Below, piece after piece: positions 9,156 through 18,301 of a DNA stretch of 64,000 bases. Position numbers and translations under genes: made by a program. Position 1 is the first letter of the stretch, and each line of letters starts with the position of its first letter. The DNA comes from an uncultured Methylomirabilota bacterium. GTDB taxonomy: Bacteria > Methylomirabilota > Methylomirabilia > Methylomirabilales > 2-02-FULL-66-22. Where the stretch lies: the NCBI GenBank assembly GCA_963705305.1, contig OY970067.1:1952001-2016000 (forward strand). Reading direction: 5' to 3'. Below the pieces are notes generated by a model. That model did no database searches. It saw nothing but the letters and a program-made list of their open reading frames with translations, and was not told the origin of the DNA.

Positions 9156-10121
9156 ATGAGCGACTGGAAATTCCCGCCGGCAGGCGGGCACATGGAAAAG
9201 CCCTCGAAGATCTATTACCAGACGATGACGAAGAAGGACATCGAGGAGCGCCTAAAGGTCAACGACATCCTGCTCATCCCGTTCGGCTCGACCGAGAACC
9301 ACGGCGACGCGCAGCCGTACGGCGAGGACGTGTTCATCGTGACGAGGATGTGCGAGATGATCGCGCAGAAGACCGGATGCACCGTGGCGGAGCCACTCTG
9401 GTACGCCTCGCATCCCTTCGCCCACCTGGGGCAGACGGGGACCGTTCCCATCCCCGACGATCTGACATCGGCGCTCGTGCGCTCGATCGTCTCAGGGTAC
9501 TGGAACGCAGGGTTCCGCAAGCAGATCCTGATGAGCAGCCACGGGCAAGAATACATCATCCCATCGGCCATCCAGGAGTGGGCCAAGAAGTACCAAGTTC
9601 CCGCCGTGATCATTTTCCTGGACGTGATGAAGATCATGGGCGACGCGCTGAAGGACAAGGCCCACGGCGGCCCCTTCGAGACCCCCTTCCGGCACGGTGA
9701 CGAGGCGGAGAACTCCATCTGCCTGGCGCTCTTCCCCGAGTTCGTGCAGATGGAGAACTGCGTCGACACCAAGACGTGGGGCTTCCTGCCCGAGGGGCAT
9801 ATCGACAAGGGCGGCGACATCTACAACTACCCCATTCCCGGCCAGAGCCACGTTGGCGGCAGCGGGGTGGAGTTCGCGGTCTATCCGGAAGGCGTGCTGG
9901 GCAAGCCGTCGCTCGCCAAGGCCGAGAAAGCCTACCAGGCCATCGAGAACTACATGAATTACGTTGTCAAGCTGCACAACGACATCCGGGCGAAATTCCC
10001 TCCGGGGGTGCTGCCGGAGGCAAAGTACATGACCCAGAGGAGCGCGGAGGAGATCGATCTTCTCCTCAAGGGGCCGGACAGGGGCGGCAGGCACCTCTAC
10101 ACGATCGCCTGGCCTGCGTGA
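9156..10121 (+). CDS. iolN: Creatininase-family beta-diketone ring hydrolase, 3-dehydro-scyllo-inosose hydrolase (IolN)-like
   Basis: WKFPPAGGHMEKP..IYYQTMT, GSTENHG..GED, WNAGFRKQIL..HGQE, GGPFETPF.H.DE.E, FLPEGHIDK, YPEGVLGK; resembles Thermotoga IolN as I recall it. Substrate may differ. Confidence 0.8.
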   Translation: MSDWKFPPAGGHMEKPSKIYYQTMTKKDIEERLKVNDILLIPFGSTENHGDAQPYGEDVFIVTRMCEMIAQKTGCTVAEPLWYASHPFAHLGQTGTVPIPDDLTSALVRSIVSGYWNAGFRKQILMSSHGQEYIIPSAIQEWAKKYQVPAVIIFLDVMKIMGDALKDKAHGGPFETPFRHGDEAENSICLALFPEFVQMENCVDTKTWGFLPEGHIDKGGDIYNYPIPGQSHVGGSGVEFAVYPEGVLGKPSLAKAEKAYQAIENYMNYVVKLHNDIRAKFPPGVLPEAKYMTQRSAEEIDLLLKGPDRGGRHLYTIAWPA

Positions 10122-10277
10122 TCGGGAGGATTGTGAAAAGGGCAGTCGTCAAGGCAAACCAGAGTCCGGGCTCCTAAGCCGCTCACCCAGCTTGGGAGAG
10201 CCCGTTCCTTGGTTCATCGGCCGCGGGGGAGGCGCCGCTCGACCCTCCCCCGCGGTCTCAACACGCGAGGTCTGGAC

Positions 10278-11309
10278 ATGAAAGCCATTGTGAAAGCGCG
10301 GGAAGATGCGGGGGCCATGGAGGTCCGAGAGCTTCCCGTCCCGGAGCCCGGACCCGGCGAAGTGCTGGTCAAGATGCGGGCCGCAGGGATCTGTTTCAGC
10401 GACGTGATGATCCTGAACAACAAGTACAAGGGACGGGTCCCCGTGCCGATCCCTATGATCATGGGCCACGAGGGCGCGGGAGAGGTGGCCGCGGTCGGCA
10501 AGGGCGTGGAGCATGTCAAGGCCGGTGACAAGGTCGGCCTCAACCCGCTGTGGGGCTGCGGGCAGTGCGTGGATTGTCTGAACGGGCAGCCAAACATGTG
10601 CTCGACGTGGCGCCATCTGGGGATCACCTGCGACGGAACGTTCGCGGAATACCGGGCTGTTCCGGCCTTCACCGCCTGCAAGCTGCCGAAAAGCATCTCG
10701 CCGGTCGATGCCGCCTTCATCGAACCGATCAGCCTGGCGGTCCGTACCTTCGAGCATGTGAAACCGGTGCTCGGCGACACGGTGGCCATCATCGGCCCGG
10801 GATCGATCGGGCTCTTCCATCTGCAAGCCTTCAAGTCGGCGGGTGCTGCCAAGATAATGGTGATCGGCCTGGACCAGGACGCTCAGCGGTTCGAGATCGC
10901 GAAGCAGTTGGGAGCCGACCACATCATCAACGGGAGTAAGGAAGACGTGGTGAAGCGGGTGCGGGAGCTGACCAACGGCCTGGGAGCCGACATTGTTGTC
11001 GAAACCGCGAACCATCCCGCCACCGTCCCGCTGGCCGTCAACCTGGCTGCGGCACGAGGCCGCGTGCATCTGTTCGGTCTCTATCCGGAAGCCGCCATGA
11101 GCCCGCTCACCCTCCTCCGGGCTGGTGTGACCATGTCCGGAGACGTGGCGACCCTTCCGCGGTACTTCCTGCGAGCCATGCGCTGGATCGAGTACAAGAA
11201 GGTCCTGGCCGCGCCCATGGTCACCCGGTCGTTCCGTCTCGATCAGGCGCAAGAGGCCTTCCAGGCCTTCAGCCGGGGGGACAGCGTAAAGGTTCTGTTC
11301 GAGATGTAG
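10278..11309 (+). CDS. Zn-dependent polyol/alcohol dehydrogenase (MDR; sorbitol/Tdh-like)
   Basis: GICFSD, GHEGAG, CGQCVDC..C, GPGSIG. Confidence 0.93.
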   Translation: MKAIVKAREDAGAMEVRELPVPEPGPGEVLVKMRAAGICFSDVMILNNKYKGRVPVPIPMIMGHEGAGEVAAVGKGVEHVKAGDKVGLNPLWGCGQCVDCLNGQPNMCSTWRHLGITCDGTFAEYRAVPAFTACKLPKSISPVDAAFIEPISLAVRTFEHVKPVLGDTVAIIGPGSIGLFHLQAFKSAGAAKIMVIGLDQDAQRFEIAKQLGADHIINGSKEDVVKRVRELTNGLGADIVVETANHPATVPLAVNLAAARGRVHLFGLYPEAAMSPLTLLRAGVTMSGDVATLPRYFLRAMRWIEYKKVLAAPMVTRSFRLDQAQEAFQAFSRGDSVKVLFEM

Positions 11310-11335
11310 GCAGCCCGTCACAAGGGGAGATGACC

Positions 11336-11782
11336 ATGAAGAAGATCCTGGTGCTGCATGGGGTCAACCTGAATATGTTCGGGAAGCGCGACCCCACCCA
11401 GTACGGGACAATCACCCTCGAGGAGATCAATCAGCAGCTCAGTGCCCTGGCCAGAGAGCTGGGGGTGGAGCTGGAGACCTTCCAGACGAACTTCGAAGGG
11501 GAGATCTGCGAGAAGATCCACACGGCGCACCTGGACAAGGTCGATGCGGTGATCGTCAACGCCGGCGCCTGGACGCATTACAGCATCGCTCTGCGCGACG
11601 CCCTGGCGATCCTGAAGGTCCCCATCATCGAATGTCACATGTCGAACATCCACGCGCGGGAGGAGTTCCGACACGTCTCCCACGTTTCTCCCCTGGCCAA
11701 GGGCATCATCGCCGGGTTCGGGGTTCAGAGTTATCTCCTGAGCCTTCGGGCCGCGGCAGCGCTGCTGTCAGGACAGGGATAG
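11336..11782 (+). CDS. aroQ: Type II 3-dehydroquinate dehydratase
   Basis: GVNLNMFGKRDPTQYG, NAGAWTHYSIALRDA, ECHMSNIHAREEFRH. Confidence 0.95.
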   Translation: MKKILVLHGVNLNMFGKRDPTQYGTITLEEINQQLSALARELGVELETFQTNFEGEICEKIHTAHLDKVDAVIVNAGAWTHYSIALRDALAILKVPIIECHMSNIHAREEFRHVSHVSPLAKGIIAGFGVQSYLLSLRAAAALLSGQG

Positions 11783-11829
11783 AAGGGGCGGGGCGCATCG
11801 GCGGACATCGTCAGCGGATGGAGTGCGGG

Positions 11830-12705
11830 ATGACGAAGACCCGATATGCATTTCTTCTGGGACAGCACATTTCCCATTCGCTTTCGCCGGCGATCCACAA
11901 TTCCGCCTATGCCGCGCTGGGGCTGGACTGCGAATTCCGGCTGCTCGACGTGCCCCCGGCCCAGCTCCGGGAGGCCCTGGCGCGCCTGCGACAACCCGAC
12001 TGTTTGGGGGCCATCGTCACCATGCCGTACAAACAGGAGATGCTCGCCGCCGCGGACGAGTGCTCGGATGCGGTCCGCCGCTGCGAGGCCGCCAATCTCA
12101 TAATCAACCGCGACGGGCGCTTTGCGCTCCACAACAACGATGTCGAGGCCATCGCCGCCTGCCTGGGTCGTCGCGCGGCCACGGTGGCCAGGGGGCAGGC
12201 GGTGATCCTGGGGGCGGGCGGCGCGGCGGCCGCCATGCTGGAGGCGCTGCGGCGCGTCCCGCCGACCCGGGTGCTCGTTCTGGCCCGGCGCGTGGAAGCC
12301 GCCACAGCGCTCGCCGGGCGGGCCCGCGACTGGCTCGGGGTGCCCGTCGAGGCGGGCCATCTGGCGGAGGGTGTGCCGGCGATGGCCACGGCGGCGGTCA
12401 TCTTCAATGCCACGCCTCTGGGGATGCGGCCGGGCGACCCCAGTCCCGTGCCGCGGGAAGCGCTGCGGCCCGGCCTGCTGGTCTATGACATCGTGTACCA
12501 GCGCGGGGGGCTCAGCGCGCTGCAGGCTGACGCCCTCGCCGCCGGGGCCCTGGTGTGCGATGGGTTGACCCATATCTTCGAGCAGACGCCCTTCTCCTTC
12601 CAGATGCTGACGGGCCGACCCGCCCCTCGCGAGGTGATGCTGAAAAGCCTCGTGGCGGCGGCGGGCCGAGAGCCGCTGGACTGGGGGGCGGATCGTCCAA
12701 CGTAA
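11830..12705 (+). CDS. Divergent shikimate/quinate dehydrogenase family protein
   Basis: SHSLSPAIHN, GAIVTMPYK, HNNDV, GAGGAA, NATPLG, YDIVY. Confidence 0.85.
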   Translation: MTKTRYAFLLGQHISHSLSPAIHNSAYAALGLDCEFRLLDVPPAQLREALARLRQPDCLGAIVTMPYKQEMLAAADECSDAVRRCEAANLIINRDGRFALHNNDVEAIAACLGRRAATVARGQAVILGAGGAAAAMLEALRRVPPTRVLVLARRVEAATALAGRARDWLGVPVEAGHLAEGVPAMATAAVIFNATPLGMRPGDPSPVPREALRPGLLVYDIVYQRGGLSALQADALAAGALVCDGLTHIFEQTPFSFQMLTGRPAPREVMLKSLVAAAGREPLDWGADRPT

Positions 12706-12744
12706 ACGCGGCGAAAAGCGAGGCCGCAAAAGGAGGTTCCCCCC

Positions 12745-13071
12745 ATGATATACGAGATGCGTACCTACACCGCGATGCCCGGACGCCTGGCGGATCTGCA
12801 CAAGCGCTTTGCGGAGATCACGCTGGGCTTCTTTCAGAAACACGCCATTCGTGCCGTGGGATTCTGGACCAACGAACTGGGGGGCTCCTCGGATCAGTTG
12901 ATCTACATGCTGGCCTACGACAGCCTGGCCGATCGGGAAAAGAAGTGGGGCGCTTTCCTGGCGGATCCAGAGCGGTCGGCCAAGTTTGCGGAGACGGAGA
13001 AGAACGGCCCGCTGGTCCGGTGCCTCACGGCCCAGATCCTGCGGCCCACTCCGTACTCACCCATGCAGTGA
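12745..13071 (+). CDS. NIPSNAP family protein
   Basis: MIYEMRTY..PG, LIYMLAYDSLADREKKW, ILRPTPYSP. Confidence 0.9.
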   Translation: MIYEMRTYTAMPGRLADLHKRFAEITLGFFQKHAIRAVGFWTNELGGSSDQLIYMLAYDSLADREKKWGAFLADPERSAKFAETEKNGPLVRCLTAQILRPTPYSPMQ

Positions 13072-13114
13072 CGGGCAAGGACACACTGGCGATTCCAGTT
13101 CGAGGAGGTCGGAC

Positions 13115-14845
13115 GTGCGCAACATCGTGAGGGTCAACACCCGGACAGGCGAGATTCGCATCACAGCCGGCTCGGAGGACGAGCTTCGGTGGGGAGGCCG
13201 CTCGTTGATCGCGCACCTGATGCTGCGCGACGTGCGCCCCAGCTGTGATGCGCTGGGGAGAGAGAACAGGCTCATCGTGGCCTCGGGATGGTTGGGTGAC
13301 ACCTCGGTGACCACGGCGGGGCGATGTTCCGTTGGGGGCAAAAGCCCGCTCACGGGCGGTGTCAAGGAGGCCAACGTCGGCGGCGAGCCCGGCAGGAAGC
13401 TGGCGCGGCTCGGTATGCGGGCGCTGATATTGGAGGACGCGCCCGAGACGGCCGAGGCGCGGGTGCTCTGGATCGGAAAAGACAGGTGTGAGCTGCTGCC
13501 CGCGCCGGAGCTGCGGAAGGCGGAAGTGGCGCGGACCTTTCAGCTTCTGCACGAGCGGTTCGGCGAGGATGTCGGTATCTTCTGCATTGGGCCGGCGGGA
13601 GAAATGCGGCTCGGCGGCGCGGCCATCGCCACCACGGACAAGACGGGTGTCCAGGCGCGGTTTGCCGCGCGCGGCGGCTTGGGCGCCGTGATGGGCGCCA
13701 AGGGCATCAAGGCGATCGTCATCGACGATGCGGGCGTGCGGCCGGAGCCGGCCCATGACCCCGCCGCCTTGAATGCGGCCGGCCGGGAGCTATGGCAGAT
13801 CCTGCGGGATGACCCGAAGACCCAGAACCGCCACGACTTCGGGACGCCGGCCGTTCTGTCCATCTGCGACTCCCTCGGCATTCTCCCGACCCGGAACTTC
13901 CGGACCGGCCACTTCGAGGGGTTCGAGGCCATCTCGGGCGAGCGGGTGGCCGACCTGATCGTGGGTCGGGGCGGCGAGGGTGAGCGGGGAGTCCTGTGCG
14001 TTCGCGGCTGCAACATCCAGTGCTCCAACAATTTCCCCGACCCCGGCGGGAAGACGCTGGTGGCCTCGCTGCAGTACGAGAATATCGGCCTGCTGGGCTC
14101 GAATTGCGGCATCGACGATGTGGATGAGGTGGCCAGGATCAACCACCTCTGCAATCAGGTGGGGGTTGATACGATTGAAACCGGGGCGGCCATCGGCGTG
14201 GCCATGGAAGCCGGCGTGATCCCCTTCGGCGACTCGACGGGGGCCAAGGATCTCGTCCAGCAGATCGGACGGGGCACACCGCTCGGCCGGGTGCTGGGAA
14301 GCGGCGTGGTCGTGACCGGGCGCGTGTTCGGGGTCGGCCGCATCCCCGCCGTCAAGGGGCAGGCCATCCCCGCGTACGACCCGCGGTCGCTGAAGGGGAT
14401 CGGGGTCTCGTATGTGACCTCCCCCATGGGGGCGGATCACACCGCGGGCAACGCCCTGGAGATGGCCAAGGCCCTTGACCAGAAGAAAAAGGAAGGGCAG
14501 GTCGAGGCGTCGTTGCGGCTGCAGGTTCGGGCCGCACTCCTCGACAGTCTGGGGGTCTGCCTCTTCATTCGGCCGGCCTTTGTGAAGAACCCCGACCTCC
14601 TTCCGCGGCTGCTCAACGCCCGGTACGGCTGGTCCCTCACCTTTGCCGAGGTGCGGCAGATGGGGATCGAGTGCCTGAAAATGGAGCGGGACTTCAACCG
14701 CCTCGCCGGCGTGCTGGACGAGCTGTGCGACGTACCCGAGTTCATGCGGACCGAGCCGCTGCCGCCCTTCAACACGGTTTTCGATGTGCCTCGCGAGGAG
14801 ATGCAGCGGATCTGGGACGTGCAACTCCCCGAGGGTGTCTTTTAG
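13115..14845 (+). CDS. Aldehyde ferredoxin oxidoreductase family (W/Mo-pterin)
   Basis: KSPLTGGVKEANVGG, IGPAGE, ARGGLGAVMGAKGIKAI, CVRGCNIQCS, DTIETG, AYDPR, GADH; GAGGAGG RBS then GTG. Confidence 0.92.
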   Translation: MRNIVRVNTRTGEIRITAGSEDELRWGGRSLIAHLMLRDVRPSCDALGRENRLIVASGWLGDTSVTTAGRCSVGGKSPLTGGVKEANVGGEPGRKLARLGMRALILEDAPETAEARVLWIGKDRCELLPAPELRKAEVARTFQLLHERFGEDVGIFCIGPAGEMRLGGAAIATTDKTGVQARFAARGGLGAVMGAKGIKAIVIDDAGVRPEPAHDPAALNAAGRELWQILRDDPKTQNRHDFGTPAVLSICDSLGILPTRNFRTGHFEGFEAISGERVADLIVGRGGEGERGVLCVRGCNIQCSNNFPDPGGKTLVASLQYENIGLLGSNCGIDDVDEVARINHLCNQVGVDTIETGAAIGVAMEAGVIPFGDSTGAKDLVQQIGRGTPLGRVLGSGVVVTGRVFGVGRIPAVKGQAIPAYDPRSLKGIGVSYVTSPMGADHTAGNALEMAKALDQKKKEGQVEASLRLQVRAALLDSLGVCLFIRPAFVKNPDLLPRLLNARYGWSLTFAEVRQMGIECLKMERDFNRLAGVLDELCDVPEFMRTEPLPPFNTVFDVPREEMQRIWDVQLPEGVF

Positions 14846-14957
14846 CCGGAGCCATCGGCCCGCGGCGGTCTTCGAAGTACGTGGTCCCGTATGCCTTGGA
14901 CCAGCCAGTCGTCGTGGTGGACGCGCTATTGAAGGAGACGTGAATAAGGAGACGTAG

Positions 14958-15782
14958 ATGGGCCAGAGTGATGGGGTGGAGAAACTTGCAGACCTGCAGG
15001 AGACCGCGGTGGAATTGCGGGAGCAGATCGCCGTGGTCCGCTTCAACCGGCCGCACGCACTGAACGCCACCACGCCTCGAACGCATGCCGAGCTCGTCCG
15101 CATCTTCACAACCATTCGAAATGATCCTGGCGTGCGGGTAACCATCCTGACCGGCACCGGGGACAAGTCCTTCTGCGTGGGCTCCGACATCAAGCGGTTC
15201 ACGACCATCGATTCCATCGCAGGAGGCCTGGCCGAACCGCAGGGACTGGAGCAGAACCGCTACCTGGAGATCGGCATCATCGAGGGGCTGGGGAAGCCGG
15301 TCATTGCGGCCGTGAACGGGCATTGCCTGGGCGGCGGGCTGGAGATCGCCATGGCGTGCGACTTCATGATCGCGTCGGATCGGGCCACCTTCGGCCTGCC
15401 GGAGCCCAAGCTGGGGCTGTTCTCGGCCAATGGGACGCAGCGTCTCGCCCGGCTGATCGGCCGAAATCGCGCCTTGGAACTGGCCCTGACCGCCGCCATC
15501 ATTCCGGCGGCCGAGGCGGAGCGCATCGGTCTCGTCAACCGGGTGGTTCCCCATGCCGACCTGCTGGTCGAGGCTGAACGGGTGGCCCGGACGATATCGG
15601 CCCTCGCCCCGGTTGCCCTTCGCGTGACTCGAGAATCCATCATACGAGGGTTGGAGATGCCGCTCCAGGACGCGCTTCGCGAGGATGAGTACCGCCATGC
15701 CGTCTTGTGCACAACAGAGGATCGCCTGGAGGGCGTCCAGGCCTTCAAGGAGAAGCGGCCTCCGCGATTCACAGGACGCTGA
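14958..15782 (+). CDS. Enoyl-CoA hydratase/isomerase
   Basis: NRPHALNA, FCVGSDI, AVNGHCLGGGLE, FGLPEPKLG, EKRPPRFTGR. Confidence 0.93.
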   Translation: MGQSDGVEKLADLQETAVELREQIAVVRFNRPHALNATTPRTHAELVRIFTTIRNDPGVRVTILTGTGDKSFCVGSDIKRFTTIDSIAGGLAEPQGLEQNRYLEIGIIEGLGKPVIAAVNGHCLGGGLEIAMACDFMIASDRATFGLPEPKLGLFSANGTQRLARLIGRNRALELALTAAIIPAAEAERIGLVNRVVPHADLLVEAERVARTISALAPVALRVTRESIIRGLEMPLQDALREDEYRHAVLCTTEDRLEGVQAFKEKRPPRFTGR

Positions 15783-15832
15783 GGCATTCCCAGCGGCGAC
15801 CGCTGCCCGTTGCATAACTTCAAGGAGGCGCG

Positions 15833-16861
15833 ATGAAAGCGGTAGTCCTTCATGCCTATGGTGGACCGGAAGAGCTGAAAGTAGAGGAGGTGCCGCAGCC
15901 GACGCCGACCCCCGAGGAGGCCTTGGTCCGTATCCGGGCATGCGGGGTGTGTCATCTGGACATGATCGTGCGCTCGGGGATGCGGTCCCGAGCAACGCTT
16001 CCGCGGATCATCGGACACGAGCTCGCGGGGGAAGTTGTCGAGGTGGGCCCTGCGGTCAAGGATCTCTCGCCGGGTGACCGGGTCGCCTCCTTCAACTTCC
16101 AGGCGTGCGGCGAGTGCGAATGGTGCCGCCGGGGGCGTCCCTCTCTCTGTGTGCATCTGAAGGGGGACATCGGCCAGGGGCGGGATGGGGGCTACGCAGA
16201 ATACGTCGCGCTTCCCAGCGCCAACCTCGTCCGGATTCCCGACGGGCTGCCGTTCGAGCACGCATGTCTGGCCGCCTGCTGTTTCGCGCCGCCGTACAAG
16301 GCGATCCGACGGGTTGGGCGGATCCGACCCGGGGACACCGTGCTGGTCACGGGCGCCAGCGGCGGTCTGGGGATGGCGGCCATCCAGATCGCGCGCAAGT
16401 GTGGCGCGAGAACCATCGCCATCACCGCATCGCTATCGAAGGCGGAACGGGTGAAGGCCGCAGGGGCGGACGAGGTCATCGTCAACGGCGATGGCACCTT
16501 TGGGGACGAAGTGCGCAGGCTGACGGACGGAGCGGGGACGGACCTCGTCGTGGAGACGGTGGGCGGCCCAGCCTTCGCTGGGTCGCTTCGCAGCCTGGCG
16601 CGGGGCGGACGCTACGTGATCGTCGGTGAGCTGCACGGGAAACCGGTGCAAATGAATCTCGCGCTGATCATCCTGAAGGAGTGGGAGATCTACGGCGTGC
16701 AGAGCGCCTCGCGGGACGATCTGCACGAGATCCTCCACTTCATGCACCGCACCGGGCTGACGCCGACCATCTGGAAGACGATGCCGCTCGCCCAAGCCGC
16801 GGAGGCCCATTGCCAGCTCGCGAACCGGGAGGCGGTGGGCCGGATCATCTTGACGCCGTGA
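15833..16861 (+). CDS. Zn-dependent alcohol dehydrogenase / quinone oxidoreductase (MDR)
   Basis: GVCHLD, GHELAG, CGECEWC..C, TGASGGLG. Confidence 0.92.
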   Translation: MKAVVLHAYGGPEELKVEEVPQPTPTPEEALVRIRACGVCHLDMIVRSGMRSRATLPRIIGHELAGEVVEVGPAVKDLSPGDRVASFNFQACGECEWCRRGRPSLCVHLKGDIGQGRDGGYAEYVALPSANLVRIPDGLPFEHACLAACCFAPPYKAIRRVGRIRPGDTVLVTGASGGLGMAAIQIARKCGARTIAITASLSKAERVKAAGADEVIVNGDGTFGDEVRRLTDGAGTDLVVETVGGPAFAGSLRSLARGGRYVIVGELHGKPVQMNLALIILKEWEIYGVQSASRDDLHEILHFMHRTGLTPTIWKTMPLAQAAEAHCQLANREAVGRIILTP

Positions 16862-17044
16862 CACCTCTGCTTGAAGGACGCGGACGGAGAGGAGGCGGGA
16901 CACTCAGGGCAGCGCCAGAAGTAACCAGGCTTCTTCATCGGGGGCCGTGGGCCCCAAGGAGGGCAGGAGATGGCAAGCATGGGAGGAGGCTCGAGGGTGT
17001 CCATGCGCACGGGGTGCGGCGGAGGCACATCGCGGGAAAAGGGC

Positions 17045-18241
17045 ATGTCCCTGCCGGGAGGATTCGCCCTGGGGCGACGTGGGGTCCTGCTGGTCCTTGG
17101 AGTGGCGCTTGTCGCCGCACTGGCGGCCGTACCGCCCGCGTTCGCCCAGACCGTCAAGCTCGCCACCCTGGCGGAGATCACGGGAGCCGGCGCGCCCGTT
17201 GGAAACATGTGGCGCGACGGAGTCAACCTGGCGGTTGAGGACATCAACAAGAAGGGCGGGATCCTGGGCCGGAAGGTGGAGAACATCACCATGGACACCC
17301 AGTCGGACCCGCCGACCGCCGTGTCCGTCATGCGTCGCGCGCTCAACGAGAAGCCGTTTGCCATCCTGGGGCCGGTGTACAGCAGCGGCACGCTGGCCAA
17401 CATGGACCTTGCGCGCCAGACCGGCATCCCCCAGATCACCGGGTCCGAAGCGGTGTTCCTGGTCGAAAAGGGGAATCCCAATATTTTTCTGACCTCCTTC
17501 ACTCAGCAGGTCAGCTTTGCGATTGCTGTCCGCTGGCTCGTCGACGATCTCAAGGCGCAGAAGATCGCGCTGATCTGGGTGAACGACGCCTTTGGCAAAG
17601 GCGGTCGGGACATGTTCCTCAAGTTTCTCAAGGAGAGAGGCAAGCCCCCCGTTGCGGATATTTCCACAGAGGTGGGGCAGGCCGATTTCACACCGGAGCT
17701 GACCCAGGTGCGGGCCTCCGGGGCTACCTACGTCATGATTTACCTCCACGAGGAGGAAAGCGCGCGCTTGATGATCCAACTCCGCAGCCTCGGGCTGAAC
17801 ATCCATGCGGTCGGTGAAACAACCCTCTGCACTCAGGACACCATCAATGCGGGCGGGGACGCCCTGAACGGTGCCATGTGCCATGTGCCGATGACGGCAG
17901 ATGCGCCCATTCCTGCCATGGTGGACGTGGCCAAGCGGTTTCGGGAGAAGTACGGGCACGGGCCAGACCACAACGCCTTCAAAGCATATATCGGAGTCCA
18001 CATGGTGAAGACAGTCGTGGACCGGGTAGGCGCCTTCGACCAGGCCAAGTTCCGCGACTGCTTGCATAACAACCTGTTCACCACGGCAGACGAACCCGGG
18101 TTGCTCATGGACATGTACATGGCCAACAACGGGGATGCCGATCGCCAAAGCTTTATCGTGGAGGTGCAGAACCGCCAGCAGAAGGTGATCGAGGCCGTGC
18201 CGATGTTGCACGGGCCCTACACCAAGCGGGCCTGTCGCTAA
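17045..18241 (+). CDS. LIV-type ABC transporter substrate-binding protein (1 of 3)
   Basis: Signal peptide ending AFA-Q; INKKGGILGRKV, DAFGKGG, ADFTPEL; start uncertain (16970-17045). Confidence 0.9.
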   Translation: MSLPGGFALGRRGVLLVLGVALVAALAAVPPAFAQTVKLATLAEITGAGAPVGNMWRDGVNLAVEDINKKGGILGRKVENITMDTQSDPPTAVSVMRRALNEKPFAILGPVYSSGTLANMDLARQTGIPQITGSEAVFLVEKGNPNIFLTSFTQQVSFAIAVRWLVDDLKAQKIALIWVNDAFGKGGRDMFLKFLKERGKPPVADISTEVGQADFTPELTQVRASGATYVMIYLHEEESARLMIQLRSLGLNIHAVGETTLCTQDTINAGGDALNGAMCHVPMTADAPIPAMVDVAKRFREKYGHGPDHNAFKAYIGVHMVKTVVDRVGAFDQAKFRDCLHNNLFTTADEPGLLMDMYMANNGDADRQSFIVEVQNRQQKVIEAVPMLHGPYTKRACR

Positions 18242-18254
18242 AGCGGCGACCGGG

Positions 18255-18274
18255 GGGGGAGCCCCGGCTCCCCC
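18255..18274 (+). terminator. GC-rich hairpin after the SBP gene (attenuator or mRNA stabiliser)
   Basis: GGGGGAGC-CCCG-GCTCCCCC; no U-tract. Confidence 0.4.
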
Positions 18275-18301
18275 TCTCTCGGGTAATCCTGGGGGACTGG
18301 C

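Noticed and set aside
10150..10200. c-di-GMP-I riboswitch (AAGGCAAACC...CCTAAG)
   Set aside because: No GAAA-capped P2 stem or second GCAAA element; better explained as a coding stub.
14932..14955. AAGGAGACGT duplicated before the ECH start
   Set aside because: 10-nt RBS duplication; too short to interpret.
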